A DNA stretch of 56,380 nt from Acidobacteriota bacterium (GTDB taxonomy: Bacteria > Bacteroidota > Ignavibacteria > Ignavibacteriales > SURF-24), in the NCBI GenBank assembly GCA_050258415.1, contig JBLMYS010000361.1, positions 1-56,380 of the forward strand. The letters are read 5' to 3'. Both the position numbers and the translations under genes were made by a program. The notes under the pieces were generated by a model that saw only the letters and a list, made by a program, of their open reading frames with translations, searched no databases and was not told the origin of the DNA. This document shows, piece by piece, positions 17,427 to 26,825 of the stretch; position 1 is the stretch's first letter, and every line of letters starts with the position of its first letter.

Positions 17427-18086
17427 CTAACAACCTTCCTTTTTCTTTCTTGGTGAAGTGACTCCTCCTCCCTGCCTCGGTGATTCCGGGGCCTGCAGTT
17501 TCGGCATTTCAGTTTTTTGCCTTACTTCACTCTCCTGACCTGAGGACTGCGGGCTGCCACCAAAATATTTACTTACCTCACTTATCTTTTCGAATTTCGC
17601 CTGCTCCTCAGGATTTGTACCTTCGGCAAGCTTCGGGAAAAGAATTTCCTCTTTCCAGGCTTCCATGCCTCCCGACAAAATGTAGACAGCCTTATAGCCT
17701 TTGCTGCGGAGTAAAAACCAGGCCTGGGCCGATTCCATTTCGCTGCCGGAATATAAAACTATCTTTTCAGTTTTCTCCAAAGAAGAATTCTGAAGCTCCA
17801 TTATGCTTAGGTTCTCAGCCTTTGGTATACGGTATTCGTTATACTCCTTCTCCGTGCGCAGGTCAATAAGCCTGAAGTCTGCCTTATCCTTTATTAGCCA
17901 GTCAGCAAGTTCATAAGGGTCCACTTTAGTGCTCCTGCTGTTGGCAGCGAAGGCAACTTCTTTTGTGTTTACCGGGGTAAATGCGTGCTCGTATGGGTTA
18001 GCGCCAAAAAGAGCAAAAAAGCCCAGAAAGAAAGCAATCAGAGCAAGCCTTTTTTCTACGGGTAAATCGCTGAAACGTTTTTTCAT
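17427..18086 (-). CDS. Membrane-anchored rhodanese-like protein with a C-terminal Cys tail
   Basis: N-terminal TM, LIDLR...EY...RIP.A and LSGGMEAW. The active-site loop reads VLYSGSE (no Cys); the protein ends KKKEGC. Confidence 0.78.
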   Translation of the reverse strand: MKKRFSDLPVEKRLALIAFFLGFFALFGANPYEHAFTPVNTKEVAFAANSRSTKVDPYELADWLIKDKADFRLIDLRTEKEYNEYRIPKAENLSIMELQNSSLEKTEKIVLYSGSEMESAQAWFLLRSKGYKAVYILSGGMEAWKEEILFPKLAEGTNPEEQAKFEKISEVSKYFGGSPQSSGQESEVRQKTEMPKLQAPESPRQGGGVTSPRKKKEGC

Positions 18087-18685
18087 TTTTTCTCCTCCCT
18101 CTTTTTAGCCATCAGCTTTTCTCCCCACTCTGCTGCCATAAATCCGCCCAGAGCCATCAGCACAACAAGAAATACAACGAGCCCGTATGGCAGGTTAAAA
18201 TACTGCGGAATGGAAACGCGTCCCATATATGTTGAATTAACAAAGCCTTCGATGAACGGGAAAATTTCGTCGAAAATCAGAATTCCAAGTGCAACACCCA
18301 CTACATACATCATTCCGTCCAGGGCTCCGCTTGCAAATGCCACGACGCCCGTTCCGGGACAGTAGCCCCCGATTACAAACCCCAGTCCCAGAATAAATCC
18401 TCCCACTATCTGAGGTAAAAGGTATGTATCTGTCATATACACAAGTGAAATATCCAGCCATCCAATCCATGAAAGATAAAAAACACCCAGCATAGCCGTT
18501 ACAATTGCACTGAACATTACCTTAAAGACTCTCATATTTGTAAAATAGAACTGAGAAGCCAGAACTTTTGCGCTTCCAAAGCCTGCTTTCTCCAGCACGA
18601 AGCCGAATCCAATGCCTATTATAAAAGCCATAACCAGGCTTACTTCAGGACCGAAAGCATCAAACTTAAAAAATGGTAAATTCAT
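18083..18685 (-). CDS. YeeE/YedE sulfur-compound transporter family protein
   Basis: GFGFVLE..GF and GYCPGT; multi-TM. The ATG at 18685 overlaps the upstream stop (ATGA). Confidence 0.85.
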   Translation of the reverse strand: MNLPFFKFDAFGPEVSLVMAFIIGIGFGFVLEKAGFGSAKVLASQFYFTNMRVFKVMFSAIVTAMLGVFYLSWIGWLDISLVYMTDTYLLPQIVGGFILGLGFVIGGYCPGTGVVAFASGALDGMMYVVGVALGILIFDEIFPFIEGFVNSTYMGRVSIPQYFNLPYGLVVFLVVLMALGGFMAAEWGEKLMAKKREEKK

Positions 18686-19266
18686 ATCCACTGCCTCCTC
18701 ATAAAATAGGCCAGAGCATATGCGCCGGCAAAAACTGAAAGCATAAATGCCCAGCTTCCAAGATTAAGTAAAGCGCCTCCTGTAAGGGCCTGCCCGCTCG
18801 TGCAGCCGCGCCCTAAACGCGCACCAAGTCCCATGAGGGCTCCTCCAATAACCGCATACATGAGCCTTAGCTTACTTGTTACGCGGGGACCCTTTTCAAT
18901 TCTTTTCTTCAGGCGTCCTGAAACAATGCCTGAGATGAAACCTCCGACAAACACACCAAGCACCTCAAAGACAAGCCAGTCCTTCAGTGGGCTTGCCGTG
19001 CCGTCGCCAAGGTAGCTCTTTAAGGCCTCATTGCTCTGTGCATGCCCGGGGGCAACGGAGTTTACTCCTACAGATACAATCGTCGAGAACGCACCTGAGG
19101 CTCCAAGGCCTCGCCCCATTATTACAAAGGCGGAAAGAAGTACCAGCCCCAGTGCCGCTCCTGCAACATAGGGGTTCCAGTAAGGCTTTACCGGCAGCGT
19201 TTCCTCCCGGTATGAAAGGCCGGCCTTATCCTCCAAGGCAGAAACTTTTTCGGTCGTTGTTAACAT
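18682..19266 (-). CDS. YeeE/YedE sulfur-compound transporter family protein
   Basis: WNPYVAG, GLGASG and GARLGRGCTSG. The ATG at 19266 follows an AAGGAG RBS. Confidence 0.85.
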   Translation of the reverse strand: MLTTTEKVSALEDKAGLSYREETLPVKPYWNPYVAGAALGLVLLSAFVIMGRGLGASGAFSTIVSVGVNSVAPGHAQSNEALKSYLGDGTASPLKDWLVFEVLGVFVGGFISGIVSGRLKKRIEKGPRVTSKLRLMYAVIGGALMGLGARLGRGCTSGQALTGGALLNLGSWAFMLSVFAGAYALAYFMRRQWI

Positions 19267-19279
19267 ATTTATTTTCTCC

Positions 19280-20227
19280 TTACTTAAAATGTGCATTAAG
19301 ATAGTGGCTGTACTGCCCTGCGTAAACTATAACGAACCTGAGCAATAGCCCGCCAAAGATTACCATTAAGGCTGGAATTGCCGAATGCCTGACTTTACTT
19401 TTAAGCGTCAGCACCTGGAGTAAAAATGGAATTATAATTCCTAGCCCCACAACAAACACCCAGAAAGTGGCAGCATAACTGCCCGATAAAATCAGGGATG
19501 CAGCCTCCATGTGCGCCCGGTCTGAGGTTACCAGGCCAAGTATCAGCATGATAATTACAAAAAGCTCAATCAAAAGCAGCGCATTGTCTGCCTTAAGAAG
19601 GAAGTGCTTCTCCCCGGCATTTTTTGAGACGAGATGCACAAAAGCTGAGGCCGAAGACAGCCCGGAGACCAGAAACAAAAGCCACAAAGAAGATGAATTC
19701 CAGAGCGGCCTGGCGCCAAGGGAGCTTAAAAGTATTCCGGTATAAATGCCAAGTAATGTTCCAAGCAGCATGTCAGCTAAAGCCATAACTTTTATAACTT
19801 TTTCAGATGACTGCAGCGTCTCTGAACGGGCCTTCAGGCGGGGCCAGACGGCCTTGAGTAAAAGCGGAGGATTTAATATAAGATTCATCATGAGGGCCAG
19901 ATAAACAAGTATAAGTATCCAGGCTCCCCAGGACATGGGTGAAGTGATTCTGAATGCCGTATAAAGCCTCCAAACAAAAAGCTTATGCTCAAGGTCCAGA
20001 AATAGTGCCAGCATGCCCAGGCTCAGGAGTATCAGGCTTACTAAGGGCAGATAAATGCATGAGCAGTCTTTTTCCTTAAAACGCCCCTTTAGCAGTGAAT
20101 AACCGGATATTATCATTAGACCTGCTACAAGTCCCCCTATGAAGAGATAAACCGGAATCTGCCAGCTCCAGACCTGAAGGAAAGGTTCAATTAGTTCATT
20201 ATGTCTTGTTGTTGTTAATTCTTGCAT
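19280..20227 (-). CDS. psrC: NrfD/PsrC membrane anchor of a polysulfide/thiosulfate reductase
   Basis: W.W.I..YLF.GG, DL, SPMSWG.W, YTG.LL and RPLWN motifs. Confidence 0.85.
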   Translation of the reverse strand: MQELTTTRHNELIEPFLQVWSWQIPVYLFIGGLVAGLMIISGYSLLKGRFKEKDCSCIYLPLVSLILLSLGMLALFLDLEHKLFVWRLYTAFRITSPMSWGAWILILVYLALMMNLILNPPLLLKAVWPRLKARSETLQSSEKVIKVMALADMLLGTLLGIYTGILLSSLGARPLWNSSSLWLLFLVSGLSSASAFVHLVSKNAGEKHFLLKADNALLLIELFVIIMLILGLVTSDRAHMEAASLILSGSYAATFWVFVVGLGIIIPFLLQVLTLKSKVRHSAIPALMVIFGGLLLRFVIVYAGQYSHYLNAHFK

Positions 20228-20237
20228 ATCGGGACCT

Positions 20238-20777
20238 CTAAATTAAATAGTAAACTTGAGGTTTCGTTCCGGCCTCGTCTAAAAGCCTGTGGCTCAGGCG
20301 GGAGCTTAAAATTTTGCTTATTTCACTTTCAGGATCCTCAATGTCACCAAATGTTATTGCGTGCGCAGGGCATACTTCACTGCAGGCTGGATCACTTCCT
20401 TTTTCAACCCTGTGGATACAGAAGGTGCATTTATCCACGTAGCCATCAGGATGAACATAGCGCGCGTCGTACGGGCAGGCAGCGATACAAACCTTGCAGC
20501 CCACACACATGTTATGTTCAACAACAACAACTCTTCCCAGGTCATTTACGTGGCTTGCACCCGTAGGGCAGGCTGCCACACAGGGAGGGTTGTCGCAGTG
20601 GTTGCACCTTTCGCTCCGGATTTCGAGGCTAAGCTCGGGGTATTTCCCTTTCAGATCCTGAACTATCCAGGCCCTGTTAAAGCCCACGGGAATTTCATTT
20701 TCAGTTTTGCATGCAACAACGCAATCCATGCAGCCCACGCATTTTTTTGTATCAATGGCCATTGCAAATCTTGCCAT
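20238..20777 (-). CDS. psrB: 4x[4Fe-4S] electron-transfer subunit
   Basis: CVGCMDCVVAC, CNHCDNPPC...CP, CVGCKVCIAACP and CTFC...PAC...CP. Confidence 0.88.
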   Translation of the reverse strand: MARFAMAIDTKKCVGCMDCVVACKTENEIPVGFNRAWIVQDLKGKYPELSLEIRSERCNHCDNPPCVAACPTGASHVNDLGRVVVVEHNMCVGCKVCIAACPYDARYVHPDGYVDKCTFCIHRVEKGSDPACSEVCPAHAITFGDIEDPESEISKILSSRLSHRLLDEAGTKPQVYYLI

Positions 20778-20778
20778 C

Positions 20779-22986
20779 TTATGCCTCCGGTTCCATGGTT
20801 ACGAAATTAACATTCATTCCTGTAGCTCCCATTATTGGATCGGTTTTATATTCAGTAATAAGTTTCGTGTCGCTTGCCCCTTTCAGGTACGGCCCTTTGA
20901 GTCCTTTTGCCCAATGCCCAAACCCGTGCACCATGTAGACACAATCAGGCCTTATTCTCTCGGTTGCCTTGACCTTAATTCTGTTGCTGAGAGTGCCGGT
21001 CTGGTTCTTAAGCCTTACATAGTCCCCCGACTTAAGACCGAGGCGCTTTGCCACGTCAAGATTTACCCAGAGCTCATTTTCTTCCATCATGTCAGACAGG
21101 ATCCTGTTTGACTGCGTTCTGCTGAAGGTGTGGACAGGAGCGCGCCCGAATAGAAGCCTGAAAGTGCCCTCGGGAGCTTCCTGGGGAGGCGTGAATTTTG
21201 GAACGGGGTCAAATCCTGCGTCTTTTAGCTGCAAAGAATAAAATTCAATTTTCCCCGACGGAGTCGGGAACTCAGCCGGCACGCCTTCATCAAAATAGAC
21301 CGGAGGCTTCTGGCCGTTAATTATTCCTTTTCTCTTAAGCTCGCTTAAGCTGTAGCCCGCTTTGGACAGCCTGAAGTCTAAGTACTCTTCAATGTTGTTC
21401 CAAGGGTAGTAAGCCCCGAGTCCCAGCTTTTCAGCTAACTTTTTGGCAATCCACCAGTTGGGCTTCTGATCACCCGGAGATTCAACTACAGGCTGCCTTA
21501 AGGCAATAAAAGGCTCTCGGAAGAGCTCCACGTTTATATCGTCAAAACGTTCGAGATAAATTGATTCAGGCAATACGACGTCTGCCCAGCCGGCCATCTC
21601 ACTTGGCACAATGTCAACTACGACCAGGAGCTCAAGGTTCTGAATTGCGCGGACAGTATCCTCCACATTTGGAAGCGCCTGCATGAGGTTGACGGCATAT
21701 GTAAACCACCCTTTTATAGGATAGGGATTGCCTGACAATGTGGCCTCACGTATTCCTGTAGTTATCTGTTCAACTGCAAAGGGATACTTGCCCCCGGGGT
21801 TATCAGCTTTTCCCTTTTCTGTTGCGGGATAAGGAGGGTATGGGTAACCCGGGACATTCAGGCTTGCTGGCGTAAAGAATCCTCCCTTACTTCCCCAGCT
21901 TCCAAGGAGCGCGTTCAGGAGTGCTATTGCACGGCTTCTTTGCGCGTCGTCGCCATACCAGGCCGACCTTCTCCCCGGATGCACAAGCGTGGAAGGCTTG
22001 TAACGCGCCATCTCACGCGCCGTTTCCCTTATCACTTCAGGTTCAATTCCTGTAATAGGATAAGCCCATTCGGGAGTATATGCGCTTATCTCAAAGGAGA
22101 ACTGATCAAATCCGAAACCATACTTTTCCACGTACTCCTTGTTGTAGAGGTTTTCTTTTAAGAGGACATTCATCCACGCAAGCAGAAGTGCAATGTCGGT
22201 ACCGGGCTTTATGGGAAGGTAATACTTTGCCTTTGACGCGGCAGTTGAAAACCTTGGGTCTACCACAATAACAGATGCCCCGTTACCAACGGCCTCGGCA
22301 AATTCCTGCACCTGTGTGTTATGCATATTTTCTCCCAGGTGCGAGCCTATGAGCACTATGCATCTGCTGTTTTTAATGTCTGTCCTTTCGGGGGATCCCA
22401 CATCCTCACCGAATGTGAGCTGAAAGCCGACGTCTCTTGGGCCACGGCACTGTGCAAAAGACGGCGCCGCCATGTTTACTGCCCCGTAGGCCTTCAAGGT
22501 ATGCTTCAGGAAGCCTCCTCCAATGCCGTGGCTGAAATAGGCAATTGCCTCAGGACCGTACTGGGATTTTATCTTCTGCATTTTTTCAGCTATATAGCCT
22601 AGCGCCTCGTCCCAGGTCACTTCGGTCCATTTTTCCTCCCCCCTGTAGCTTCGCCTTATAAGCGGGGACTTCAGCCTGTCGGGATCCTTATGCATGCCAA
22701 TGCCCGCAGTACCGCGCGGACATAGCCTGCCGCGGCTTAAGGGATCCAGTGGGTTGCCTTCAATTTTCCAGAGCTCCCCGTCTTTTAAGTAGGCCATGGC
22801 GCCACACTTCCAAAAACACACGTCACAGAAGGTCGGGACCTTCCTGATCCCCTTTTCCTTTGGAACTGAAGTTCCATACTGTTCCGCTTTTTTTACAACA
22901 GCATTCAGTGAAGTGCCCGCCGCCGCCGCAAGGCCAAGAGTGGCACTGCTGATCTTCAGGAATTTTCTTCTGGATATTGGATTCAT
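20779..22986 (-). CDS. psrA: Tat-exported Mo-bis-PGD oxidoreductase catalytic subunit (PsrA/PhsA-like)
   Basis: SRRKFLK Tat signal, CDVCFWKC...LCPRG [4Fe-4S] motif, Cys Mo ligand (AQCRGPR) and TPSGKIEF. The ATG at 22986 overlaps the merR stop. Confidence 0.85.
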   Translation of the reverse strand: MNPISRRKFLKISSATLGLAAAAGTSLNAVVKKAEQYGTSVPKEKGIRKVPTFCDVCFWKCGAMAYLKDGELWKIEGNPLDPLSRGRLCPRGTAGIGMHKDPDRLKSPLIRRSYRGEEKWTEVTWDEALGYIAEKMQKIKSQYGPEAIAYFSHGIGGGFLKHTLKAYGAVNMAAPSFAQCRGPRDVGFQLTFGEDVGSPERTDIKNSRCIVLIGSHLGENMHNTQVQEFAEAVGNGASVIVVDPRFSTAASKAKYYLPIKPGTDIALLLAWMNVLLKENLYNKEYVEKYGFGFDQFSFEISAYTPEWAYPITGIEPEVIRETAREMARYKPSTLVHPGRRSAWYGDDAQRSRAIALLNALLGSWGSKGGFFTPASLNVPGYPYPPYPATEKGKADNPGGKYPFAVEQITTGIREATLSGNPYPIKGWFTYAVNLMQALPNVEDTVRAIQNLELLVVVDIVPSEMAGWADVVLPESIYLERFDDINVELFREPFIALRQPVVESPGDQKPNWWIAKKLAEKLGLGAYYPWNNIEEYLDFRLSKAGYSLSELKRKGIINGQKPPVYFDEGVPAEFPTPSGKIEFYSLQLKDAGFDPVPKFTPPQEAPEGTFRLLFGRAPVHTFSRTQSNRILSDMMEENELWVNLDVAKRLGLKSGDYVRLKNQTGTLSNRIKVKATERIRPDCVYMVHGFGHWAKGLKGPYLKGASDTKLITEYKTDPIMGATGMNVNFVTMEPEA

Positions 22987-23429
22987 TCTCTTTCCCCGAG
23001 ATTTTTTATGGATTCCTTTATTCGTCCGCATTCGGAAAAATCTTTATATACCGGGCACTCCCGGCAGTTCCTGTTTTCACATACTGTACCCGGATGTTTT
23101 TCACTCCAGCAGGGTTTATGATTCTGGCCGTATGAAGCGCATTTGGCTCTTTCATCAGGTGAGCAGCCTACAATATTCCAGCAAGGAATTAACGAATAGA
23201 TCATCTTTATTCCGTTAATGCTGATCTTGCTTTCATTGATTGCGCGCCTGATGCAGTCGATGCGCTCAAGGTCGTTTTTTGAGAATAGTCTGTGACTGGT
23301 AGATTTCTTAAAGGGAATTATCAGGCCTTCACGCTCATACATTCTTAGGGTCGGGACCGAGACTTTAAGCAGTTCGGCAGCCTTACTGATCGGAAACAAG
23401 GGTTCGTCGTTGTTGATTTTCAAACTCAT
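22983..23429 (-). CDS. MerR-family regulator with a C-terminal Cys-rich (two-CW-like) domain
   Basis: ISKAAELL.VS..TLRMYEREGLI HTH; C-terminal CW...GC...C...CW...GTVC....C..C. The ATG at 23429 follows GGGGA. Confidence 0.82.
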   Translation of the reverse strand: MSLKINNDEPLFPISKAAELLKVSVPTLRMYEREGLIIPFKKSTSHRLFSKNDLERIDCIRRAINESKISINGIKMIYSLIPCWNIVGCSPDERAKCASYGQNHKPCWSEKHPGTVCENRNCRECPVYKDFSECGRIKESIKNLGERE

Positions 23430-23447
23430 AGTATTCCCCAATACTTT

Positions 23448-23488
23448 ATATTTATAAATATCAAATATTCTGCCAATTATAAATATCA
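23448..23488. promoter_or_regulatory. Candidate operator repeats upstream of the merR-psrABC operon
   Basis: TTATAAATATCA at 23452-23463 and 23477-23488; palindrome ATATTTATAAATAT at 23448-23461. Confidence 0.35.
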
Positions 23489-23610
23489 GCTTTCACATCA
23501 AGTTTGAAGAGGAATTTAAGACTGCCGGGATGGCAAGTTTTTTACAATCGGGAAAATTAAATGAGGTTTTTACACTTTTGAGATTAATGAGACATACTAT
23601 CCCGGATTCT

Positions 23611-26382
23611 TCAGCGCCAGGAAGGCAGAACGCATTTAGGACTTAGCCTTGAAAATGTCCTTCCAGGGTCAGAAAGAAGGCTGCTTATAACGCCAGATTC
23701 CTTTTTATGACAGGTAAGACAGGCCCCGACGGTTAATATTTTCTTCTGTTCATCTACTGTAAAAGGCCTTGCTCCCTTGCGTGTTGAGGCGTCTGTCTTT
23801 CTTGACTGTAAAAATCCCACCCATGCATCCATCGGGAGGCCGTCTGAACTAAGGTGTGGATACTTAGCCTTAAATTTCCACTTCCCGGATGTGCCCTGCT
23901 GCTCATAGGTAAGTTCTCCCCTACCGAACCCGATTGCTGCGGGGTTATTGTGGCACGACTCGCAGCTTCTGGCACTTCTAACTATGGTATGCGAAAATGC
24001 GGGCGCATAGAGCCTACGGAAAAGATCCTCTTTTTTTGCTCCCCTCGAGAATGCGGACCTGTCGATTGAAAGAACCATGCCCGGAATAAATGTATCAATT
24101 ATTCTTTTCTGATTTCCTGTCTTGTCCTTGATGAGTCTAGTTCCAAGCACCGGGCTGTCGTGCAGCATTTCACCGGGATGCTCAACCCAGTCACCCTTTG
24201 TATCAACATTATCAAGCAGGTCGAATCCTTCCTGATTAGGGTCAAATGCCGTATGGCAGTTCAGGCATTGTGGAGCCCAGGGAGAGTGACAGCTGCTGCA
24301 TGAAAGCCTCCCGTGAGACTTGCTTTCAAGACATACCCCCAGGGGAGCCTTCAGTTCCAGTGAATCACTTTTGTCTTTTCCGATGAGAAAAGCCTTTTTA
24401 TTCCTTACAAGAGTATTGGTAAGAGGGACTTTTCCTTTTTCTGCAAAAAGGAATATGCGCCCTTGCCTATTGGCATTTCTTAAATAGGCAATTTTTCCTG
24501 ATTCAAAGTCCAGCTCTTTAAGGCTTACCTGGTTATCAAATGAAGTCCTGTGGCAATCCGTGCAGCTAATTTTTACCTGGTCCTCCTTATGCTGGTAAGT
24601 TTTTCCGTCCCCCATAACCTCCATTGATGTATGGCAGTCGATACAGAGCATCCCTTTTTCAAAGTGGATGTCGGGAGTTATCTCGTGGAAAACTCTGCCA
24701 TCCTGAAGTATCCTGTAACCCTGTTTTCCTATTACCTGTTTTGGGGCGAGGTTTGTTTCATACCACCCTTCGTAGCTAGTTGAAATGCGCCCTGAACGGC
24801 TGTGGCATCCAAAACAATGCTCGTCGGTAACTTTTACCGTTAAATCAGGATGATATTCAGGAGACTTTATTTCCATGCTGCCATCTCTTTTAGCCTGATA
24901 GATGCTCAGGCCCTCGAGGGCTTCTTTGCCATAGATAAGATGACAGGAATTGCATCCTCCTCCACGCGACAGCTCAGAGACAGGCCCAAAGTCTTTTTTC
25001 TCTGCACCAATATGACATGACGCGCACAAATTCCGCAGGTGAACGCCGGCAGGTGAATAACCTATATCTGTAATCCTTTCTGAACCGGAAGGTGTAGTGC
25101 TTTCCCCAAATACATACTTATCCACACTGACAACCCCCATCATCGTTGTCATGATGGAGTTTTCAACTCTTGGAATAATCCCGGGGTGACAATTGGAGTT
25201 TCCGCAGCTAATGCCTGCGGTTGAAAGATTTCCTGGGATTAAGATCATATTCCTGTGGGCATCGCGCTTTTCAAGTGCAAAAGGATTTCCGCCATGACAG
25301 GAAGAGCACCCTATGGAAGCCGGATTGTGTGAGGAAGAAAAACCTTTTACATTGCCATGACATACCAGGCAGCCTTCACGCCTTCCAAGGACTGTCGGAA
25401 TGTCTGAGGATTTAATATTTAATGAGGCAAATCCCGAGATGTCTGTAAAAGGAACAAGCCTCAGGTTTAATAGCGCGGGATTTTTCCAGGGTGCCGTAAG
25501 CTCCCAGTTTTCACCCCTGAAGAAGAATCCTACGATAATGAAAACACAATAAAAGAGGGCCATAATAAGTAAAAACTTTTTGGCAATTAGCGACTTCTTC
25601 TCTTTGAGCCTGGGGAGAATATAAAAAATCACGAACAAAACAGCCGATGCTGCAACTATGATTAAAGGCGTCTTAAGCCAGTGAAAAGCTTCCTGGAGCC
25701 CCAGGAAATACCACGGCCCTTTAACTATGGGACTTAAGTTATCGTGTAGCCCCGGAGGAAGAATATATCCTGCCAGGACTACTAAGGGCAGGAGATAAAA
25801 TATTATTGCCAGTTTCGGCCAGAACTTTCTTGCATGCTCAATAATTACTATCCAGAGGAAAATAGTGGCCGTTGCAATGTGATGCACATAGAGTATCTGA
25901 AAGTCCTTAACCCCTCCTAAAAGCGAGTATGAGATCTGAGAACCAACATATGGAAGCTTTTCCAGGAGTGAGTTTATAATCCTATAGGCCTGAAGGCTGT
26001 CGGCATCCCCTTTTAGTATAAATCCCGAAAGCATTACAAAGAAGCTGACCGGAATGGACAACGTCAGGCGCAGCCAGACACCGCTTTTTACTCTTTTTTC
26101 CGTAAAGCGCTTAAGATGATCGTACGAATGCAGAATTAAAAATATTATGAACGCCTGAGCGCTCCAGTTGTGTATATTTCTGATCAGGACAGCTGCCGGA
26201 TCGGTAAGGAGCATTGAGGAAACGGAATCGTACGGGTTCTTTACATTATAAGATACTGCAAGAAGAACGCCTGAAACAGCAGCTATTATAAACGATGCAA
26301 ATGCAATTTCGCCAAACCCGGAAGTAAGCTTTCCGGAAATGGTTTTTATGCTTAGCCGTTTGGGTTTATCAGTCTTCTGCAT
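23611..26382 (-). CDS. Cytochrome b / subunit-IV-like membrane domain fused to a multiheme cytochrome c
   Basis: Heme-b His pairs (RNIH..x13..H and HH..x14..H), PWYF (PEWY-like) motif, then 11 CxxCH plus one CxxxxCH. The likely start is ATG 26382. Confidence 0.85.
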   Translation of the reverse strand: MQKTDKPKRLSIKTISGKLTSGFGEIAFASFIIAAVSGVLLAVSYNVKNPYDSVSSMLLTDPAAVLIRNIHNWSAQAFIIFLILHSYDHLKRFTEKRVKSGVWLRLTLSIPVSFFVMLSGFILKGDADSLQAYRIINSLLEKLPYVGSQISYSLLGGVKDFQILYVHHIATATIFLWIVIIEHARKFWPKLAIIFYLLPLVVLAGYILPPGLHDNLSPIVKGPWYFLGLQEAFHWLKTPLIIVAASAVLFVIFYILPRLKEKKSLIAKKFLLIMALFYCVFIIVGFFFRGENWELTAPWKNPALLNLRLVPFTDISGFASLNIKSSDIPTVLGRREGCLVCHGNVKGFSSSHNPASIGCSSCHGGNPFALEKRDAHRNMILIPGNLSTAGISCGNSNCHPGIIPRVENSIMTTMMGVVSVDKYVFGESTTPSGSERITDIGYSPAGVHLRNLCASCHIGAEKKDFGPVSELSRGGGCNSCHLIYGKEALEGLSIYQAKRDGSMEIKSPEYHPDLTVKVTDEHCFGCHSRSGRISTSYEGWYETNLAPKQVIGKQGYRILQDGRVFHEITPDIHFEKGMLCIDCHTSMEVMGDGKTYQHKEDQVKISCTDCHRTSFDNQVSLKELDFESGKIAYLRNANRQGRIFLFAEKGKVPLTNTLVRNKKAFLIGKDKSDSLELKAPLGVCLESKSHGRLSCSSCHSPWAPQCLNCHTAFDPNQEGFDLLDNVDTKGDWVEHPGEMLHDSPVLGTRLIKDKTGNQKRIIDTFIPGMVLSIDRSAFSRGAKKEDLFRRLYAPAFSHTIVRSARSCESCHNNPAAIGFGRGELTYEQQGTSGKWKFKAKYPHLSSDGLPMDAWVGFLQSRKTDASTRKGARPFTVDEQKKILTVGACLTCHKKESGVISSLLSDPGRTFSRLSPKCVLPSWR

Positions 26383-26773
26383 ATACGGTAATTCCGCCAT
26401 CTGCGTCTTTTGCAAAACGAAGCCTGGAAAGGGGCCTGGAGGCAGGACCCTGTACAGGCACACCATCTTTGGAGAACCTTGAACCATGGCACTGGCAGAC
26501 GAGTGTTTCATCCTCAATTTTGCCTATGAGGCAGCCAAGGTGGGTGCATTTTGCCGAATAGACTTTTATGCTGTCTCCATCCCTGAATGTAATGGCCCCG
26601 TCGTAAATTGTAAGTCCCGGCGCCACGGGAGCAGGAATTTTAAGGTGCTCACTTTTCTTTCTGTTCCTCAGTTCCCAGTCTGTAAGTGAATGCCATACGA
26701 TTGCAACCGCGGCAAAAAGCATCCAGCCAAGCCAGCTGAGAAAAGATTTCCTGCTAATCTGATTTGATTTCAT
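26369..26773 (-). CDS. Rieske [2Fe-2S] protein of a Rieske/cytochrome b complex
   Basis: CTHLGC and CQCHGS boxes, GPA..PL, and a Tat-like SRKSFL anchor. Confidence 0.9.
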   Translation of the reverse strand: MKSNQISRKSFLSWLGWMLFAAVAIVWHSLTDWELRNRKKSEHLKIPAPVAPGLTIYDGAITFRDGDSIKVYSAKCTHLGCLIGKIEDETLVCQCHGSRFSKDGVPVQGPASRPLSRLRFAKDADGGITVYAED

Positions 26774-26825
26774 TTAAGTAAGATTCAGGCAATAATGACA
26801 GAAATAATATAATACCAGAAACAAA

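Noticed and set aside
17421-17432. Selenocysteine or pyrrolysine read-through after the rhodanese terminal Cys
   Set aside because: The stop is TAG followed immediately by TGA TAA and a terminator. PsrA also has a normal Cys ligand.
26383-26517. 45-aa N-terminal extension of the cytochrome b fusion, as in the ORF track
   Set aside because: It lies inside the Rieske gene in another frame; ATG 26382 is the more plausible start.
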